Source of the DNA: an uncultured Gammaproteobacteria bacterium
GTDB lineage: Bacteria > Patescibacteriota > Microgenomatia > Levybacterales > UBA12049
DNA: 64,000 nt
Direction of reading: 5' to 3'
NCBI GenBank assembly: GCA_964507055.1
Contig: CAZDOJ010000001.1
Coordinates: 657,313 to 721,312, forward strand
A model generated the notes under the pieces. That model was given only the letters and a program-made list of their open reading frames with translations, did no database searches and was not told the origin of the DNA. This document shows positions 48,129 through 57,823 of this stretch, one piece after another. Within the stretch, counting starts at the first letter, position 1. Each line of letters opens with the position of its first letter. A program made the position numbers and the translations under genes.

Positions 48129-49328
48129 CTATACTGATTTTGTGGTATCTGAATATACTGCATGGAGCTTCTTTGAAATCTGTTTCCAAGTATAGTTCTT
48201 CTCAATAAACTCTCTACCATTTTTGCTTACGGAGTTATACAAATTTTCATCCTTTAACACTTTAAGCGTTTCATCGGCCAACGATTCAGCATCATTTCCT
48301 ACAAGTAATTCTTTACCATCTTTCGCTTCAAGAGCATCTGCACTTAAAGGCATTGTGATAACCGGAGTGCCACAACTCATAGACTCAAGAATTTTATAGC
48401 TTGTTCCACCTCCAACTCGAATTGGAGCTAACAATACTGCAGCTTTTTGAAATATCTCAGGTGTTTGCATAGCGGAACTTTCTTCATCAAAGAGTACATC
48501 TGGATCATTGGTCAAGTTACGAATTGAATCAGGTATACTACGTGCAACAAACCAAAGCTTCACATTATCTTCAGATAATTTTTTCTTTAAAATTGGCCAA
48601 ATATCTTGAATAATAAATGTTGCACTATCTTTATTTTGAATCCATTTAAAATCTCCAATAAATAAAATTCTTTTCTCTTTCCGATCTCTTTTTTGAAAAG
48701 ATAAAAAAGAGAATTGGTCTATATTTACTCCATTTGATACAACTTCGGCGTGAATACCGGATTTTTTCATAATGATAGTGTCATCATTTGAGACCGCAAC
48801 GACCTTTTGAGCTTTTCGCCAAAGGAACTCTTCTTCATTTTTTATTTTCTGAATATCCAATGACAAAAGAGGCCTCAAGAAAATTGGAGCATTATTCATA
48901 TATCGCTCATACACTTTATATTCGATATTATGTTCGACGAGCACTATTGGGATTGAAGTTTCAGGGATATTTTGCATGACGTAATATGTTTCGACATGAA
49001 TAACATTAAAGTTTTTTTCTTTTAATAAGTTTTTAAGTACCGCTCGCATTTCTGGTAGATCATGACCTGTTGAAAGAAAAGATTTTGAAGAACTTGTGGC
49101 TTTCACGAGATTAGAGAAACTCCACTGCTTTTTTCTTTTTACAGTTATAACTTTATGACAAATCTTCTCAACTTCATGAACATCATCGTCGGTTTCATTT
49201 GGTCGTCTTTCACAAACAAGAGTAATTGTATAGAGGTGAGATAACTCTTTTATAAGATTGTACAATCTTACCTGACCACCTGAATAAAGAGGGTATGGTA
49301 AATACGATGAAACAATAAGGATATTCAT
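48129..49328 (-). CDS. GT4 glycosyltransferase
   Basis: MNILIVSSYLPYPLYSGGQVR... and a C-domain GGGTSYKILESMSCGTPVI. Confidence 0.8.
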   Translation of the reverse strand: MNILIVSSYLPYPLYSGGQVRLYNLIKELSHLYTITLVCERRPNETDDDVHEVEKICHKVITVKRKKQWSFSNLVKATSSSKSFLSTGHDLPEMRAVLKNLLKEKNFNVIHVETYYVMQNIPETSIPIVLVEHNIEYKVYERYMNNAPIFLRPLLSLDIQKIKNEEEFLWRKAQKVVAVSNDDTIIMKKSGIHAEVVSNGVNIDQFSFLSFQKRDRKEKRILFIGDFKWIQNKDSATFIIQDIWPILKKKLSEDNVKLWFVARSIPDSIRNLTNDPDVLFDEESSAMQTPEIFQKAAVLLAPIRVGGGTSYKILESMSCGTPVITMPLSADALEAKDGKELLVGNDAESLADETLKVLKDENLYNSVSKNGREFIEKNYTWKQISKKLHAVYSDTTKSV

Positions 49329-49329
49329 A

Positions 49330-50790
49330 CTACTTTTTATGCAAGTCGAAAATGGCGTACTGCTCTGTAAATGTAATTACTTTATATTCTTTTTCCCATT
49401 GCATTTTGTCTTGTTCTGACGGATTAATTAGTACTAAATAATCAGCACCTTTTTCAATAAGCTCAGGTATTGGATTTTGGAAACTTGCCCAGCCTTTCCT
49501 ATTCATTTGATATAAAAGGGATGTATCTCCATTATAATTTGCCACTATTAAAGCATCATTTGGCGTAAGCTGTTGGACCGCAGCTCCCGCAGCTAATATT
49601 GAACGATTATTAATATTGAAATATTCTTTGACAATATTCCAGCTCATATAGAAACTTCCAGCTATGATTAATACCACAAGAACTTTTCCAAATGGAAGGA
49701 ATTTAAGCTTCCATTGCATAAGATAATAACTTCCTATTGCCATAACTATAGCAACACTTGGAATAGTAGGAATTTGATAATAATCATGCTGCACATTTCC
49801 CGTCGCAATAATAGAAACAAAAAGAAGCGGACTTATGATAAAAGACACAAAAAATGGCCATTCTTTTATCGCACGTAATTTATATGCTCCAAAAGCAAGT
49901 AATGCTATACCAAAATATCCGCTTATTAATACAGTAAGCCTTTCATAGAAAATCCATCGAAAAAATGAAGGTCTAAAGCGGATGCCATTGCTGTTAAATA
50001 GCCATATATTTGCAGGAATCCCCTCGGGGAATTGTGATATCCATATCCGCCATGCTAAAAGAGGTGCAACTGCAAGAAAGGCAAAAATCCACATGTACCA
50101 TTTCAGAACTATCCTCCAACCAAAATGTTTCAATGCAATATAAACGATTGGGAGAATAAAAAATAGAGAATGCGGCTTAAGCAAAAATGCTGTAGCTGTA
50201 AATAGGAGTGCTAATATAAATTGTATTACGATTGATTTAGTTTTTGATTTCTTTCTAGAAAGTTCTTCAATCCATCTATCAAAGAAATAAATTGCTCCCA
50301 AAAAGGCCATAACCATCGTAGTGTCTGGAAGTATAGTTCGACCATAGTAAATATTAAAAGGGATAAACATATAGAAGAATGCACTCAATAGTCCAATCGT
50401 GTTATTACTGTGACGTTTAACAATTAAATAAAGGAAAAGACCTGCAGCAACTGATGCAGACATGCTCACTAGCCTACCCCATTGTTCAATGGTAAAGACA
50501 CCAAATAGCATAAATAATCCTGCCTGTAGGGCATTGTATATTGGGAATTCAACAAAGAAGTAACCATTCGGATTATCTAACCCTGATTGCACATTGGAAA
50601 TATTAACCATCTTAGGATAGAGTAAATTAATTCCTTCGACAGTGTAGTTTCTTGAGACTGAAGAAGTTTCAGACTGGCGCCAGCTATGCCAATCAGCTAT
50701 TGGATTATCAAATCCATATAACCGGACAATAAATCCTCCAAGGAGAATAAGAGCGAGAATAAGAAGGGTGTGGTTTTTTAGAAATTTCAT
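49330..50790 (-). CDS. GT-C-fold polytopic glycosyltransferase, ArnT/PMT (GT39/83)-like
   Basis: From the start MKFLKNHTLL (ATG at 50788-50790, overlapping the TGA of the upstream gene as ATGA) the protein has a first extracytoplasmic loop DWHSWRQSETSS and about 12 TM helices. The ORF-track start at 50958 lies inside the upstream gene. Confidence 0.55.
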   Translation of the reverse strand: MKFLKNHTLLILALILLGGFIVRLYGFDNPIADWHSWRQSETSSVSRNYTVEGINLLYPKMVNISNVQSGLDNPNGYFFVEFPIYNALQAGLFMLFGVFTIEQWGRLVSMSASVAAGLFLYLIVKRHSNNTIGLLSAFFYMFIPFNIYYGRTILPDTTMVMAFLGAIYFFDRWIEELSRKKSKTKSIVIQFILALLFTATAFLLKPHSLFFILPIVYIALKHFGWRIVLKWYMWIFAFLAVAPLLAWRIWISQFPEGIPANIWLFNSNGIRFRPSFFRWIFYERLTVLISGYFGIALLAFGAYKLRAIKEWPFFVSFIISPLLFVSIIATGNVQHDYYQIPTIPSVAIVMAIGSYYLMQWKLKFLPFGKVLVVLIIAGSFYMSWNIVKEYFNINNRSILAAGAAVQQLTPNDALIVANYNGDTSLLYQMNRKGWASFQNPIPELIEKGADYLVLINPSEQDKMQWEKEYKVITFTEQYAIFDLHKK

Positions 50791-53700
50791 TTTACTTCTG
50801 AAATTGTACCATTCTTGTATTGGAAGATGTACGTATTTGCCGGATTTGCTACTTTTGCAGATGTCGCCTGATCCAATGAATTTGTTTGTACAACCTTTGG
50901 TGTTTTCTCTCGATAGATGAACCACAATCCATCTTGTAAGCCAACAGGGAATAACCATACATCTTGATGTTTTGCAGGTACATTTACGAGATATAGCGTG
51001 TCCTTTGGAGTAAAGCTTGCATATCCTGTTCTAAATGTTAAGAGCATTCCTTGTGCAATCGAGCCTGATTGTGACCATTTTAACTGCTCATTTTTATTCT
51101 GATTACTAGCGAGGAGAGCGACAATAGCAAAGAGAATAAGAATAACACTTACAAATAATGTCTTTTGTTTAATAATCTGCTTAAGGAATGCATAGACAAT
51201 AATAACAAACGACAAGCATAAGCCGAATGAGCCTAGATACATATATCGTGCAGAGATATTCCCCAAAGGCAAGAATGGAAGAAGTGAAATAAATGCAAAG
51301 ATAATACCAAAAAGTATTAATTGGGCATTAGTATGCGTTATGAGTTTTGTTAACTGCTTTTTAGCTTTATAAAAGTAATACGCTCCAGCACCTAGGATAA
51401 GTAGACTTACGCCACTAAGAACAAGCCATTGTGATCGCAAATTACTTCGTAATCCGTCATACGCAGGAAGGAATGAAGCCCCGCCAAAGAACAATCCCAA
51501 GTATCCTAAAAAATTCCCTATGACATTAGGAACTATTTTGGCAAGATTATAGCTATAATCGCCCCCACCTGAAAATGCTCCAGATACGGATCTCATAACG
51601 AAGTACAACACAACCAGTAGAACAAAAGGTAGATATGTCATAAGCAATTTTGCAGAACGCTTTGGTTTATAAATAAGTACATCCATTGCAATAAATAGTA
51701 ATGGGATAATTACTGAGATTTCATATGAGACAAACGCCAAGGCACTTAATATTACTGCACCTACATAAGCCACAGTCATATGTTTTGTTCTGAAATAGTG
51801 ATAGCAAAGCATTGCATATAAAATAAACATTGATGCTAAACCAATTGAAAGGGTTGAGAACCAGAAGAGATTTTCTGTATGAGCAGGAAGCAACGCAAAT
51901 AATACTGCAGTAAGGAACCCAACTAACCGTGATTTCGTTAAACGACTACCTAAAAGATATACGGCCACTGTTGATAAGAAATGAAGTAGCAGGATAAAAA
52001 GATGGTATCCTTCTGGATTGAAGGAGAATAACATATACAAGAAATAGACAACTACCTTATCCAATGGACGATAGAAGAAGTCTTGTGCATTCACAAAGTA
52101 CATAGGTAGATCTGTTGGCATTGCGGTTGCAGCCCATCGCAACCAGGTAAAATCATCAGCAACAAAGAAGTTCTTAATCGAAGCTGCATAACCAACTAAA
52201 ATTATAATTAATAAATAAAGAAGAAGCATAATTGGGGCCGTGAAGAAGCCCTTGAGTGATTGCTTGTAATCTATTGGCTTTTTTTGATAAAGTTTTGCAG
52301 CACCGACTCCAATACCCATAAGTATCCAGAACGGTTCCGCTACTTTAGAAGCTTCAAATACATCAATTAATACAGCATTTACTAATAGACCAATTGTTCC
52401 ACCAGCCAAACCAAATAATAAAGCTCTGACAATCGGATCTTTCGTGTCTTTAACACTATGTTTCATGAAAATACCTAGAATCACAAAAATGAATAAGAAA
52501 GTTAGCAATCCTACTAATCCCGTTTCACCTAAAGCTCGTAGGTAATCATTATCTGTCGCAAGCGTCAAAGAAGAGTAACCTGTGCCAAAGATAGGACTAA
52601 AAAGGAACGCATTCCAATTTCTTGGCCATTCTGCTTGAAAACGAGTAGTAAACGAAATATCTAACGCATATGCTTTTTTAATGAGGAAACTTCCTGAAAC
52701 AGAAGAAATTGCTATGTCCCCATTTTGGATTGATTGCAATTGTTCTTGTGTTAAGACAGTGGTGTATCCACTCTGAGATCCAGTTTTATCAGATCCAACA
52801 GTAAAATCACTTGCAGGCGGAACTTCGGCATTCTTTTGTTCCTCAGCCTTTTTGGCATCTGCAATTATTTTTTGAAGATCTGCAGGTAATGCATTTTCAC
52901 TTGAAACCACTTGAACTTCCTGGATGGTATTTGAGAATCGCTGAATCGTTGCATTACCAAATAGCATCATTACACCAACACTTACAACCATTATCGGAAT
53001 AATCCATCGCTTCTTTTGCCAAAGAATAAGCATACCAACAACACCGATAACATATGCCCCAAATGATGTACGCGATGAAGTAAAATTGAGAACTTCCAAT
53101 GCAAATAAAGCAAGGATTGCGATAAGTATTTTCAATGACCATCGCTTTACTGCAAATACTAAAGCAATAAGGACAGGAATAACCATTACCATATATGCCG
53201 ATAGGTCATAATGACCACCAAATGTTGAACTTACTCTGGATAATTCGTTTAGGCAAAGGGGTGTACCTTTTGCGAATTCTTCATTTCCAGTGAGAAAGGC
53301 TGGGAAGCAAAATGGATAGGTTTGGAAAAAGTCAGGAAAAATCTTCCAAAGTATTGTATAAAAACGCTGGCCAAAACCATAAAAAACGATACCTAAAATA
53401 GTTATACAAAGTGTTATAAGGTAGAAATAAACATCTTTGACATTTCTCACCGATGAGAAGGCGATGAAAAAGAGAATCATATATTCTATACGTCGGAAGT
53501 ACTGGAGCCAAGCAACACTCGGGAAGAAATTAGCGAGCGTAGGAGCAATAAAGGTAAGACAATAAAGGAGTGAAGCAAGTCCAGCAACCCAATAGAGAAT
53601 GAGTGCATAGCCTTCAGGTCTTGGTAGTGAGACTTTTCTCCGGACAAGCTGTATAAGCCAAATCAAAGCTAAAGCTGCAATAACAAAGTCTTCTAAACGA

Positions 53701-53825
53701 ATGTATACCCATGTATTATCGATATTAATACTTGGAAGCTTAGGATAAAGTGCAGTAAAAAGAATCGCAAAAGCGACTCCAAAACGTAGAATATTATTAT
53801 CAATAAGCTGCAATAACTTCTTCAT
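50787..53825 (-). CDS. Fusion membrane protein: N-terminal O-antigen-ligase/PglL-like Wzy_C domain + C-terminal GT-C-like (PMT/ArnT-like) polytopic domain
   Basis: 1012 aa. The N-half has a Wzy_C core ...SSRTSFGAYVIGVVG..., a large extracytoplasmic loop and GTGYSS...TDNDYLRALGETGLVGLL (compare WaaL HNxYLqxLaETGiiG). The C-half has about 12 further TM helices and a GT-C-like loop. Confidence 0.5.
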   Translation of the reverse strand: MKKLLQLIDNNILRFGVAFAILFTALYPKLPSINIDNTWVYIRLEDFVIAALALIWLIQLVRRKVSLPRPEGYALILYWVAGLASLLYCLTFIAPTLANFFPSVAWLQYFRRIEYMILFFIAFSSVRNVKDVYFYLITLCITILGIVFYGFGQRFYTILWKIFPDFFQTYPFCFPAFLTGNEEFAKGTPLCLNELSRVSSTFGGHYDLSAYMVMVIPVLIALVFAVKRWSLKILIAILALFALEVLNFTSSRTSFGAYVIGVVGMLILWQKKRWIIPIMVVSVGVMMLFGNATIQRFSNTIQEVQVVSSENALPADLQKIIADAKKAEEQKNAEVPPASDFTVGSDKTGSQSGYTTVLTQEQLQSIQNGDIAISSVSGSFLIKKAYALDISFTTRFQAEWPRNWNAFLFSPIFGTGYSSLTLATDNDYLRALGETGLVGLLTFLFIFVILGIFMKHSVKDTKDPIVRALLFGLAGGTIGLLVNAVLIDVFEASKVAEPFWILMGIGVGAAKLYQKKPIDYKQSLKGFFTAPIMLLLYLLIIILVGYAASIKNFFVADDFTWLRWAATAMPTDLPMYFVNAQDFFYRPLDKVVVYFLYMLFSFNPEGYHLFILLLHFLSTVAVYLLGSRLTKSRLVGFLTAVLFALLPAHTENLFWFSTLSIGLASMFILYAMLCYHYFRTKHMTVAYVGAVILSALAFVSYEISVIIPLLFIAMDVLIYKPKRSAKLLMTYLPFVLLVVLYFVMRSVSGAFSGGGDYSYNLAKIVPNVIGNFLGYLGLFFGGASFLPAYDGLRSNLRSQWLVLSGVSLLILGAGAYYFYKAKKQLTKLITHTNAQLILFGIIFAFISLLPFLPLGNISARYMYLGSFGLCLSFVIIVYAFLKQIIKQKTLFVSVILILFAIVALLASNQNKNEQLKWSQSGSIAQGMLLTFRTGYASFTPKDTLYLVNVPAKHQDVWLFPVGLQDGLWFIYREKTPKVVQTNSLDQATSAKVANPANTYIFQYKNGTISEVK

Positions 53826-53875
53826 CTACAAACAACTATATTACTAACAGATTGCCAACTTAGCAAGAACGACTT

Positions 53876-54490
53876 TTATCGGAACCATGCGGCACGCCCT
53901 AATTTATAGTGCAGATCTTTTGATTTACGTTCCCCAATGACTTTTGCAGGAACACCTCCAACTATAGCATATGGTTCAACTGATTTGGTAACAACAGCAC
54001 CAGCTCCTACCACACTTCCCTTACCGAGAGTTACACCTGGAAGGATAATTGCACGTGGACCAATAAAGACATAATCATCAATGACTACCCTCTCCGAAAT
54101 TGCATGAAAATCATCACTATGAATATCATGTTGGCTGTTATAGATCATGACTTCAGAAGCAATATCAACATGATCCCCAATAACCAACTTCTCTCTTCCA
54201 TCTAAAACAGCATATTCACCTATAATTGTATCTTTTCCAATAACTATATTGCTTGGATTGTAGAAACGTGCACCTTCATGAAGCGTTGATCCTTCGCGAA
54301 TTGTCATCCCTGCCAATCGATAAACGAATCTTCTGACATGATGCGAAGGGAAATGTCCTACGAGATGCAAAAGAAAAACAAAAAATTCACGTGCTACTGT
54401 GTTCGATCTGTTTTTTGCTTTTCTTTGAAATTCGTCTGAAAATAAATTCTGATTTAACTTACTTGCCATATTATTTTGCCGCAATATCAA
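53876..54490 (-). CDS. Hexapeptide-repeat (LbH) acetyltransferase
   Basis: GVTLGKGSVVGAGAVVTKSVEPYAIVGGVPAKVIGER is paralogous to 1865-2404. Confidence 0.8.
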   Translation of the reverse strand: MILRQNNMASKLNQNLFSDEFQRKAKNRSNTVAREFFVFLLHLVGHFPSHHVRRFVYRLAGMTIREGSTLHEGARFYNPSNIVIGKDTIIGEYAVLDGREKLVIGDHVDIASEVMIYNSQHDIHSDDFHAISERVVIDDYVFIGPRAIILPGVTLGKGSVVGAGAVVTKSVEPYAIVGGVPAKVIGERKSKDLHYKLGRAAWFR

Positions 54491-55622
54491 CGAGTACTTT
54501 TAATGTTTCTTTTGCAGTTTTTTCCCAGCTAAACTTATCAGCTTGTTTTTTCCCTTTTTCTACCAAAGTCTTTCGTAGTTCCTTATCATTTATAACCTTA
54601 GTAAGTTTTTGAGCAATGTCTTGGCTATCTTTGGGATCGATATAAATAGCAGCATCGCCGCCAGCTTCAGGCATACTGCTTATATTACTTGTAATAACAG
54701 GACATCCTTGCTTCATAGCTTCAACAACAGGCAAACCAAACCCTTCATAGAGGCTTGGAAGTACATAACAGAGAGCATTTTTATAGAAGATTTTAAGTTC
54801 ATCATCATTTATTCCTTCAAGAAATCTCACTTTGTCCTGGACACCATATTTTTGTGGAGCGTTGAGTATCTCTTCATACAACCAACCTTTTTTACCAATA
54901 ATTACTAATTGAAGATCGTCTTGATATTCAGCATGTAACTTTTTACTTTCCAGTAATAAAGCAAAAGCTTCAATGAGTCGTGATATATTTTTTCGGGGTT
55001 GTAGGGTACCAACAAATAGAACAAAATTATCGCTGATATTGTACTTTGCTTTTAGTTCGTTCATGGCGTAAACATGAGGTTCAAGTGAGACAGATTGCTT
55101 GATCCCAGGGTAAATTGTCTTCACTTTTTGCTCAGGAACTTTATATGTTTTAATTATATCATTTCTGCTTGAGTTACTAATTGTTAATACTTTACTTGCT
55201 TTCTCAACAGAATATTTTGTCCAATTACGAAGTTGATACATATCAGATTTATTAAATAGCTCTGGAAATTGGAGAAATGCTAGATCCATAATTGAAACAA
55301 CGGTAGGGATCGGAGAAAATCTTGGAGCATAATGGGTTGGGCTAAAGAACACATCAGGTTTCGTTTTAGTGAGAAATAGACTCAATGGCAATCCAAATTG
55401 CGTCCAAAACTTACCAGGCCCAACAATCTTATATTTCCAATTAGAAGTCTCTTTAGGCAATACTTTAAGCGGATGTTGTTTTAAATAAATTACAAACTGT
55501 ATATCAACCGATTTATTGGACTCTGCAAATTTTGCAAAATAATAGAGTAACCAATACGCATATTCGCTAATACCAACTCTTTTTTCTACATTTGCTTCAT
55601 TACCATCAATTGCAATAATCAT
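54471..55622 (-). CDS. GT4 glycosyltransferase
   Basis: N-domain IAIDGNEANVEKRVGISEY and C-domain EGFGLPVVEAMKQGCPVI. Confidence 0.8.
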   Translation of the reverse strand: MIIAIDGNEANVEKRVGISEYAYWLLYYFAKFAESNKSVDIQFVIYLKQHPLKVLPKETSNWKYKIVGPGKFWTQFGLPLSLFLTKTKPDVFFSPTHYAPRFSPIPTVVSIMDLAFLQFPELFNKSDMYQLRNWTKYSVEKASKVLTISNSSRNDIIKTYKVPEQKVKTIYPGIKQSVSLEPHVYAMNELKAKYNISDNFVLFVGTLQPRKNISRLIEAFALLLESKKLHAEYQDDLQLVIIGKKGWLYEEILNAPQKYGVQDKVRFLEGINDDELKIFYKNALCYVLPSLYEGFGLPVVEAMKQGCPVITSNISSMPEAGGDAAIYIDPKDSQDIAQKLTKVINDKELRKTLVEKGKKQADKFSWEKTAKETLKVLVDIAAK

Positions 55623-55637
55623 AATTGTTTCATCAAC

Positions 55638-56162
55638 TTAATTTCCTGGATACGTTACAAATAAGCGAGATTCTTCAATACCTAAGATTTCTTTTGCATC
55701 TTTTTTGGTTGCCTCTGAGATACAGAATATTACGTCCGTTTCTTTTTTTACCCAAGCCAATTTCCTTTTTTGTGTTTCAATAATTTTTTGTGCGGTCTCT
55801 TCAGGAAATTTGTAAATGATAAGATCATAAAGTATTGTTGCCTTTTTTGCTTTTTTGGTTGGCGGTTCAGTCCAATCTGAAGTAATAAACATATCGACAT
55901 TACCAATGAAATTTTCAATTGGCAGAATATGCATCCTATTCCAAAGAAGATCAAGAACTGTGGGAGGAATTTTAAAAGTTTTTACCCTGACGTTTTTTGC
56001 TTGTATAAAATCTAACGGAATTGTCCTTCGTAAACTTGAATAAAAAAGAATATATTCGTTATTTGGATCTGAGGTAATCATAGAAGACAAGAGGTTCTTA
56101 AGGTAATTTCCAACACCAGTCCTCTCATATGCCATTTGTGAAATATCTATACCAATCTTCAT
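55638..56162 (-). CDS. GT4 N-terminal domain only (stand-alone half-GT or truncated remnant)
   Basis: MKIGIDISQMAYERTGVGNY... aligns with GT4 N-domains. The protein stops at ...FVTYPGN, where full GT4s continue into the sugar-donor-binding C-domain. The next gene, 15 nt downstream, is a complete GT4. Confidence 0.55.
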   Translation of the reverse strand: MKIGIDISQMAYERTGVGNYLKNLLSSMITSDPNNEYILFYSSLRRTIPLDFIQAKNVRVKTFKIPPTVLDLLWNRMHILPIENFIGNVDMFITSDWTEPPTKKAKKATILYDLIIYKFPEETAQKIIETQKRKLAWVKKETDVIFCISEATKKDAKEILGIEESRLFVTYPGN

Positions 56163-56215
56163 AATTTTCTCATTAACTCATTCTAACATAATTAACTTTT
56201 TGAAGTATTTTTGCT

Positions 56216-57784
56216 CTATCTGAAAAGAAGTGAATCAATAATATTTGGGTCAGATTGAATAGTTCTTTGTTTATCATTAAGTATATATTTCTCTATTCTA
56301 AAATGATTTGGAAATGTCCATGTTTTTTCTGGTTTTCCATCAATTCTTACTCTATTTTTTCGCCACCAATCACCCTGTGCATAATAATTTTCTTCATCTC
56401 CAGGAGCAATAATTAAATAGGTGACTTCTGATTTCTTATACGGTAAGACTTTGATTTGAGAATGTTCTTTACCAACAAAATTCATCGCATATCGAGGACT
56501 ATAACCATAAGCATCAGGAGAAAAAATGTAATAACCAAATTCTTTATCACCTTGTTTATAGATAGTCTCAGCTAAACTTTTATTAAATAACCAACTCCCT
56601 GAATTTTTCCCAATAAAATTGTCGTATGACTGCATAACGGAATATGTGTATGTCATTATTGAAATTAATAAATATATAAATAAAGGATAGAAAATATATT
56701 TTTTTAAGCTCAATAAACTGGAACAAAAGATAATAACTATCATTGGTAAGAAAGGCCAGTAATAGTAACCCCATACGGTTCCCTTAAAGAAACTTGTAAG
56801 TATCCAAAAGCCTGCAATAAAGTAGAAGATTAGCATATATAATCTTTTGTACTCTGTCCTTTTCCTGATTGTTTGTATGAGTAGCCATGCAAAAATGGAT
56901 AATATACAAAGAATAAGGAGAGTAGAAGGATATGGAACCATAGAAAAAGTGGAAATTATCCCATCGAAACGATTAACAATAAATTCTTGCATTGTCAGTT
57001 TTTCTCCTGCAGATTTAGTTATATGACTAATAAGTGCATTTGTTTGCAAAAAATTATTCCTCAGTTCAAAAACAATATATGTAGATAAAGGCAAAATGAT
57101 ACCCGATAAGGCTAATAACTCTTTATATCGTTTTGTTTTTATTATCTTTATAACTACAAGGATTGTTGCTAGTACAAGTAATGGTCCTCCAAAAGCTATT
57201 TGGAATTGTATAAGAAGTCCAAGAAGAAGATACGAAAAGAAGAGTTTTATAAAATTTTGATTTTGCAAATAAGAATAAAAAATGAGGAAAAAGAGAGGAA
57301 AGACCATAACGGCTCCAAAAGGATTAAATAAGCTCGATGCCATCGTTATGGATAAGCCAGAAATTAATAACGAGCTGAGTAAGCCTACACGCTGATTAAA
57401 GAGAGATTTACCCACATAAAATGTTATATAGGTTAAAATGAAAATCAGGCTTACCCAAAACCATCCTACTATCACTGGGTCTCCATTTGCAATGATGAAA
57501 GCAGGTAGATTAACATAAAACCATAAAGGTCCATGAAATACACCGGATATGCCGCCTGAGCGAGGTCCTAATAATGTTGGACTATGTGTTGTAACAATAT
57601 CTTCAAGTAGAAGAAAATCTCGTGCAATATCTGTATGGAAAAAGATATCTTGATGAAGAACAAACCAAAAACTAAACGAGCTAAAAATTAGTGTGCCTAA
57701 TATTAATAATATATTTATGGCATATCCAATACGGTTAGAATTATTTTTTTTTACTTCATTTTTTTTCACTTTTTTCTCAGTCAT
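56216..57784 (-). CDS. Polytopic membrane protein, putative GT-C-like glycosyltransferase
   Basis: 522 aa with a Lys-rich N-terminus, 12 or more TM helices and a C-terminal soluble domain. There is no decisive motif. Confidence 0.35.
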   Translation of the reverse strand: MTEKKVKKNEVKKNNSNRIGYAINILLILGTLIFSSFSFWFVLHQDIFFHTDIARDFLLLEDIVTTHSPTLLGPRSGGISGVFHGPLWFYVNLPAFIIANGDPVIVGWFWVSLIFILTYITFYVGKSLFNQRVGLLSSLLISGLSITMASSLFNPFGAVMVFPLFFLIFYSYLQNQNFIKLFFSYLLLGLLIQFQIAFGGPLLVLATILVVIKIIKTKRYKELLALSGIILPLSTYIVFELRNNFLQTNALISHITKSAGEKLTMQEFIVNRFDGIISTFSMVPYPSTLLILCILSIFAWLLIQTIRKRTEYKRLYMLIFYFIAGFWILTSFFKGTVWGYYYWPFLPMIVIIFCSSLLSLKKYIFYPLFIYLLISIMTYTYSVMQSYDNFIGKNSGSWLFNKSLAETIYKQGDKEFGYYIFSPDAYGYSPRYAMNFVGKEHSQIKVLPYKKSEVTYLIIAPGDEENYYAQGDWWRKNRVRIDGKPEKTWTFPNHFRIEKYILNDKQRTIQSDPNIIDSLLFR

Positions 57785-57823
57785 ATTTCTATAGTATCAG
57801 AATCTCAACTGCAAATATATGAG

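Noticed and set aside
49330-50958. ORF-track start at 50958 for the ArnT/PMT-like gene
   Set aside because: The first 56 codons overlap the 3' end of the 1012-aa gene out of frame. The ATG at 50788-50790 forms an ATGA junction and begins with a TM helix.
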